Shown: one piece after another, positions 45,351 through 51,305 of the stretch
Position numbering within the stretch: position 1 is the stretch's first letter
Layout of the letters: every line of letters starts with the position of its first letter
NCBI GenBank assembly: GCA_003427395.1
Contig: BFEA01000009.1
Span: 7,609,100-7,660,404 of the forward strand
Source of the DNA: Chara braunii
Lineage: Eukaryota; Plantae; Charophyceae
Direction: 5' to 3'
Length of the DNA stretch: 51,305 bases
Translations under genes and position numbers: made by a program
Notes under the pieces: generated by a model
Database searches by the model: none
What the model saw: the letters and a program-made list of their open reading frames with translations, nothing else
What the model was told of the DNA's origin: nothing

Positions 45351-47050
45351 AACAAGATAAGATTAACACATCATTGATTCTAATAGAAAATAGACAAGAA
45401 TCTTTTTTTTTTCTATTTCTATACCATAGACTCTATTATTCTAGAAAAACAAGAAAAATCATTCTCAAATAATCAAATCAATACAAATAGAAAAAGAATT
45501 TTCTTTTGTATTGATTGATCAATACAGTATGTCTATTCTATAGAACATAGAAATACAAGGTTGCCAGGCCGAATGTACGGAGGCCCCTAAGCTGACCCCC
45601 GAACGTTCGGGCGTTCGGGTCCCCGTACGGGGTTCGGACCCCGCAAAAAGATATTTTGGCACCTAAATATATTTTTTTTTTCTTCTGAATTTCGTTTTGT
45701 GAGTTCTTTGTGATGTAAGGTATGTCCCTCTTAATTTTGAAGCTATTTTGTTAAGCCAAAACAAAATGAAAAATCGGCAAAGATGGTGGTGTCAAAACTT
45801 GCTTGCCCACTCACTAATTTGTTTCTTCTCTCTTTTCACTTTTTGTTTTTCCTTTATTTCAGAGCATTAAAAAAAATATTATTTTTTCAAACTTTATTTG
45901 TAGATTCTCTATTTATGTAAGATACACATACATAAATTTTCACGGCATTTGCCACAGTAAAAAAAAAAATGAAAAATCGCCAAAGATGGCGGTGTCAAAA
46001 ACGTGCTCGCCCACTCAATAATTTCATTCTCGTTTTATTTTTTATAATTTTTGTTATAATTATTTACTTTTAGTATTTTTCTTTTATTTCAAATTTGGTA
46101 AAGGTACTAAAGAATTTGGATGTAACGTTGAGGCGAATGTTGTTTAGTTTATTTTTCTGCATAACATATAGTTTTTTCATATTTTTTAGATTTTTTTTTT
46201 TTTTTTTTTTTTTTTTTNNNNNNNNNNNNNNNNNNNNNNNNNNNNNNNNNNNNNNNNNNNNNNNNNNNNNNNNNNNNNNNNNNNNNNNNNNNNNNNNNNN
46301 NNNNNNNNNNNNNNNNNNNNNNNNNNNNNNNNNNNNNNNNNNNNNNNNNNNNNNNNNNNNNNNNNNNNNNNNNNNNNNNNNNNNNNNNNNNNNNNNNNNN
46401 NNNNNNNNNNNNNNNNNNNNNNNNNNNNNNNNNNNNNNNNNNNNNNNNNNNNNNNNNNNNNNNNNNNNNNNNNNNNNNNNNNNNNNNNNNNNNNNNNNNN
46501 NNNNNNNNNNNNNNNNNNNNNNNNNNNNNNNNNNNNNNNNNNNNNNNNNNNNNNNNNNNNNNNNNNNNNNNNNNNNNNNNNNNNNNNNNNNNNNNNNNNN
46601 NNNNNNNNNNNNNNNNNNNNNNNNNNNNNNNNNNNNNNNNNNNNNNNNNNNNNNNNNNNNNNNNNNNNNNNNNNNNNNNNNNNNNNNNNNNNNNNNNNNN
46701 NNNNNNNNNNNNNNNNNNNNNNNNNNNNNNNNNNNNNNNNNNNNNNNNNNNNNNNNNNNNNNNNNNNNNNNNNNNNNNNNNNNNNNNNNNNNNNNNNNNN
46801 NNNNNNNNNNNNNNNNNNNNNNNNNNNNNNNNNNNNNNNNNNNNNNNNNNNNNNNNNNNNNNNNNNNNNNNNNNNNNNNNNNNNNNNNNNNNNNNNNNNN
46901 NNNNNNNNGGGGGGGGGGGGGGGGGGGGGGGGGGGATCCCCACGGCAGGGGTCTAGGAGCGAAACCCCTACCCCGGCTCGGGCCTTAGTGTCGGTGTGAA
47001 TACCCTTACGAGGCGCGATGGTTTTTGCAAGTGACAGAAAATAAGTTTTC

Positions 47051-48067
47051 ACTTGAAAGTTTTATCCACCACGCGAGTCACGACTGTATTTTTCTTTACA
47101 ATTGATTGAAGGTGTGGTTGAAAGTAAAGAGTGTGTGGGCGCACAGTTTTGAGGCGCTCATGATGTTTCTTATTGATGTTATAAAGTTTGCGCATCCGCT
47201 GACCATATTTTGATATTGATTAAACTAGGGTTAGGTGATCCTTTCCGATTGATGTGATCGTGGTGTGCGTGCATTTAAACTTGAAAGTTTTATGCACCAC
47301 GCGAGTCACGGCTGTATTTTTCTTTACGATTGACTGAAGGTGTGGTTGAAAGTAAAGAGTGTGTGGATGCGCCATTTTGAGACGCTTATGATGTTTCTTA
47401 TTGATGTTACAAAGTTTGCGCATCCGCCGACCATCTTTTGACATTGATTAAACCAGGGTTAGGTGATCCTTTCCGATTGATGTGATTGTAGTGTGTGTGC
47501 ACCCATGCGGAGGAGGACTTTGACGACGGTGTGGTTTTATATGGTAAACGGAGTGAATGGTGGGGTAAAAACATGGAACAGGCCTCTGCACGGAAGATGT
47601 GGGAGCTTGGCGGCCGTGGATTTAGCCGGTAGGCCAAGGTGTGGGCATGGTATATGCTGATAGGGTCAAAAGTTGCACGACACCCATTTCTATGGATTTG
47701 TGTGGCCACTAATATCAGCCTTGGGCCTAACACAATAGGTTACGGTATGGGACTTTCATCTAGGAGACTTAGGGATCAAGGTCAGTGGGCGACAACGCCA
47801 AGTAATTAGAGCCGCTGTAAAAACATGGAACAGGCCTCTGCACGGAAGATGTGGGAGTTTGGCGGGCGTGGATTTAGCCGGTAGGCCAAGGTGTGGGCAT
47901 GGTATATGCTGATAGGGTCAAAAGTTGCACAACACCCATTTATATGGATTTGTGCGGCCACTAATATTAGCCTTGGGCCTAACACAATAGGTTACGGTAT
48001 GGGACTTTCATCCAGGAGACTTAGGGATCAAGGTCAGTGGGCGACAACGCCGAGTAATTAGAGCCGC
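47051..48067 (+). repeat. Two consecutive tandem duplications (about 228 bp x2, then about 252 bp x2)
   Basis: ACTTGAAAGTTTTAT..CACCACGCGAGTCACG at 47051 and 47279. GTAAAAACATGGAACAGGCCTCTGCACGG at 47565 and 47817. Confidence 0.92.
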
Positions 48068-49459
48068 TTGAAGAGGCCAAGGGGTTGAGGGCCCAATAGG
48101 GTTTTGTTGCCAGCCCCGGTTACGGGTCCGATTGGCAGGACTGATTGGCATGACCAACGGGGTGACAATAGTCTTCCTTCCCCTTGATGAGTTCCAATAG
48201 TTTTTTTATTTTTATTTTTTTTATGGTTTTTCTTTTTGGGGTGTGAATTTGGTGCTGGTACCAAGGCAGGTACCGGAGCCGTTTGGTCTGGCGCAGTTGA
48301 TACGCCCATAAGCTGTCGAAACACAAACTCAAGTTCGGATCTAGATGCAATCGGATGAACATAATAAAATAATTTTGAGTAATCCGGGTCAGTCGGTCCA
48401 ATGTGAGGCAGCAGGATTATTGCCCCATCATGGTACTTCGAACCATTGACTGAATGACACAAAGAAGTTTAGTTGGCTTGGCAGCTCGGCATTACCGCAG
48501 GCTTATTGCCAGTGTGATATGGACCTACCCACGAGGATGGGGCAGGTGCATTTTGAAGCAGGGAGGTTGTAGAACCGTGTTAGTGGAGCCAAGGCTCCGG
48601 TAGTCGTAGTAAGAATGGCAGTAAGGTGGAAGGCTTAAGAGGAGGGCACGGTCCAACGGATGGGAGTTTCTGATTTTCATCCCTTGAGCGTTGTGTAACC
48701 GTTTGAACGCCGTGAACGCGCGTTCTCGTTCAAACACGCGCGTTCAATCCCACTCTGCGAGCGTTCAAACACGTTCAAACGCGCCACGTGGCAGGGGGTA
48801 GGAAAAAATCGAACGCGCACCCCCTCCCAGCATGCGTGCATCGTGCACCACCCTGGGACGTGTGGCATTCAAAAAAAGAAGTGAAAAAAAAAAACACGAA
48901 ATACCCCAACCCAAACATATACACACGCACACCAATACACACAGATATTTACACACATGCACACTCATGCACTCCTTTTTTTTGGGGGGGGCGGGGTGGG
49001 GGAATCTCCCTAACATGGCTCAGAAGGCCCATGCAGGCTATCTGAAGGGTCCTCGCAGACATGTAGCGCAGACTGGCCCACAAAAATCGAGGCAGGCAGT
49101 GAATATGAAATAGAGCACGAGCTGGCCGAATATATACCCGAGATTTGAATTCAGGTCTGTGTTTCAGCAGTTATGGGTTGCTCACCTAGCTAGGGTCTGT
49201 TGGTCTCTGCACGTGACTCTTAGGGCTTGGCTGCACCACTCACCAAATGTGCAAAACTAGAATGAATCTTCTGCAGAACATGGAATAATACGCCNCCATA
49301 TGTTTTGTCTTTTGTGAATATGATGAGTAGAGGCCCTTAGGGCTACTGCACGTATTCCTAAGGAAAGAAAAACGAGAAAAAAATCTTGTTTTTCTTTTTT
49401 CTCGTTTTTTTTTTTCTCTCGTTTTTCTCTACTTTGATGGTTTCCCTCCCGGAAGGGAC

Positions 49460-50059
49460 CATTGATATCCAACTACCAGCTCACGTACCCCACAAGTATC
49501 TTCACCTTCTCGTTTCGGTGTTACAGGCATACCTTGAGGCCGTTAGCATCCAGGACAATAACATACGTCGGACATACCTGATAGAGCACACCATCGATTC
49601 CGGGGACCATATGTTGGTCCATGGCCGGTTGTACCGCTATTCATTGAAAGAACAACAGCTGGCATTACACCGGGTACGAGAGTTTGAGCGCCTCGGGTGG
49701 GTGGAACCGTGCTTGGGACACTGGTTGTTCCCAGTTGTCCTTGTTCCAAAATGAAACGGGGTTGTACGCATTTGCATCGATTAGTGAAAGCTAAACGCTA
49801 TTACCACAAAAAATGTTTATCCATTGCCCTGGATCGACGATCTCCTGGACACCATCGGATCCACCCGAGTCTTCTCGAAATTCGATATCCGATCCGTGGT
49901 TTTCACCATGTCGCTGTCAGACCAGAGGACAGGCCCAAAACAACCTTTGTCTTGTTCGAAGGCCCTTGCCAGTGGATCCGGTGCCCCATGGGAATATGTA
50001 ATGCTCCCACCACCTTTCAACAGGTCATGAATATGGCCTTCGTCGAATTCGTTAATTAA
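49460..50059 (+). pseudogene. Ty3/gypsy reverse transcriptase fragment
   Basis: IEHTID, FPVVLVPK, PWIDDLLD..FSKFDIR and GFHHVAVRPEDRPKTTF...CPMGICNAPTTFQQVMN. Frameshifted and cut before YxDD. Confidence 0.9.
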
Positions 50060-51305
50060 TTTTTGTGTGATTGTGTATATGGTCTGCTCGCTTGTGCATG
50101 CATCTATTGCTGCCATGACTGATGATGATGATGATGATGATGGTTGTTTTTCTGCGCGGTAACGCGCGGCTCCCCCGAGTTGATGATAATGATGACGACG
50201 ATGTTGGGCAAGTGATTTGCGTGTGCTCTCTCTAGGTGTCAGAGCGTGGTTATTGCTCGGCGCGCGATAGCGCACAATTTCCTAATTGATGATGATGATG
50301 ATGATGATGATGATGTTAATGATCTTCCGATTGCGCACGATTATCCTCCTCACATGCGCGTTCGTGCGCCCGTTAACACATCAGCCTTGTCAACACACGA
50401 TCACTCCGTGGTCCAGCGCACGATTATCCTCCTCACATGCGACGACGATGTTGGGCACGTGATGTTAACGATCTTTCGATTGCGCACGATTATCCGATGA
50501 TGATGATGATGTTGACGAGGAAGACAGCCTCGTCAACACACGATCACTCTGTGGTCCAGTGCGAGGCTGCGCGCGATCCATGACACATCAGCGCACTGTT
50601 GCGTGCGATGCCAACCACGTCAGTGCGCGGCTGCACGCTGGTTCCACTGGCCCGGGCGCGGCTGCGCTCTACCTTCCATTGGCCCGTGCAAGGCTTCACG
50701 CGATCACTTTGATGGCCAAGCACACAGCTGCACGAAATGCTTGCCACATCAGCGCTCAGCTGTGCGCTATCCTTCCCCAGTTCCGTGCGCTCGTGTGCGC
50801 CGATGATGGTGATGATGATGATGATAGTCCTGATAATCGCTTTGCTCGTGCTGATCCGTGTGCAAGCATGTGGGATGTCTCCTTGGTCCGTGTGTGAGTG
50901 CTCACAGTGTCCGCCTAATCCGTGCGTGAGTGCACACGGTGTCCGTCTGATCCGTTCGTGAGTGCATGCACTGTCCGCCTGATCGGTGCATGAGTGCACG
51001 TGCTGTCCACCTGATCGTGTCCTTTCGGTGCGCTTTGTCTTTATTCGCTGATGCATACGTCCTTAGGGCGTCTCCGTTCAATCCGCGTCGGTCCCGAAAC
51101 GTCGCATGCGGCACTAAGCAGGCCGTGCTATCGGGAATGAAAATGGGCCGGTACAGCACCAGCTTCCTAGCCTAATTTTGAGTCCCGAGGCTAGGAAAAA
51201 TAACCCACCAGTGTGTTCATGGAAATTAAGGTCCGCGCGGCCCCCTTTGGTTCTTAGCCGATCACAATAAGTTTGGGATCGGCGTCCGCATATTTTCCCT
51301 TCCCC

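Overview
Repeat-rich, gapped eukaryotic nuclear scaffold. Plant-type U6 snRNA, plastid- and plant-mitochondrial-type rRNA fragments and the TE content suggest a streptophyte alga such as Chara (inference). Two intact single-exon host genes are visible: a mitochondrial-type Era GTPase (ERG, 26045-28522) and a FHIT-type HIT hydrolase (33113-33718). Most of the rest is nested mobile DNA. (1) A 6.2-kb L1/Tx1-like LINE sits inside a U6 snRNA copy with a TAACGGAT target-site duplication (TSD) and a 4.6-kb 5' inversion (twin-priming structure). (2) A 5.5-kb two-ORF Penelope-like element has its GIY-YIG endonuclease N-terminal to the RT (Naiad/Chlamys-type order), a separate CCHC/SAP-like ORF1, about 370-bp direct repeats and a 10-bp TSD, and is inserted in the terminal inverted repeat (TIR) of a MITE. 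(3) A gag-only LTR-like element. (4) Several MITEs, tRNA-headed SINE-like elements, three U6-derived sequences, a plastid plus mitochondrial LSU rRNA mosaic and a Ty3/gypsy RT remnant. A Nextera mate-pair junction adapter (10339-10376) and seven N-gaps mark assembly artefacts. All comparisons were made by eye from remembered consensus motifs; no searches were run.
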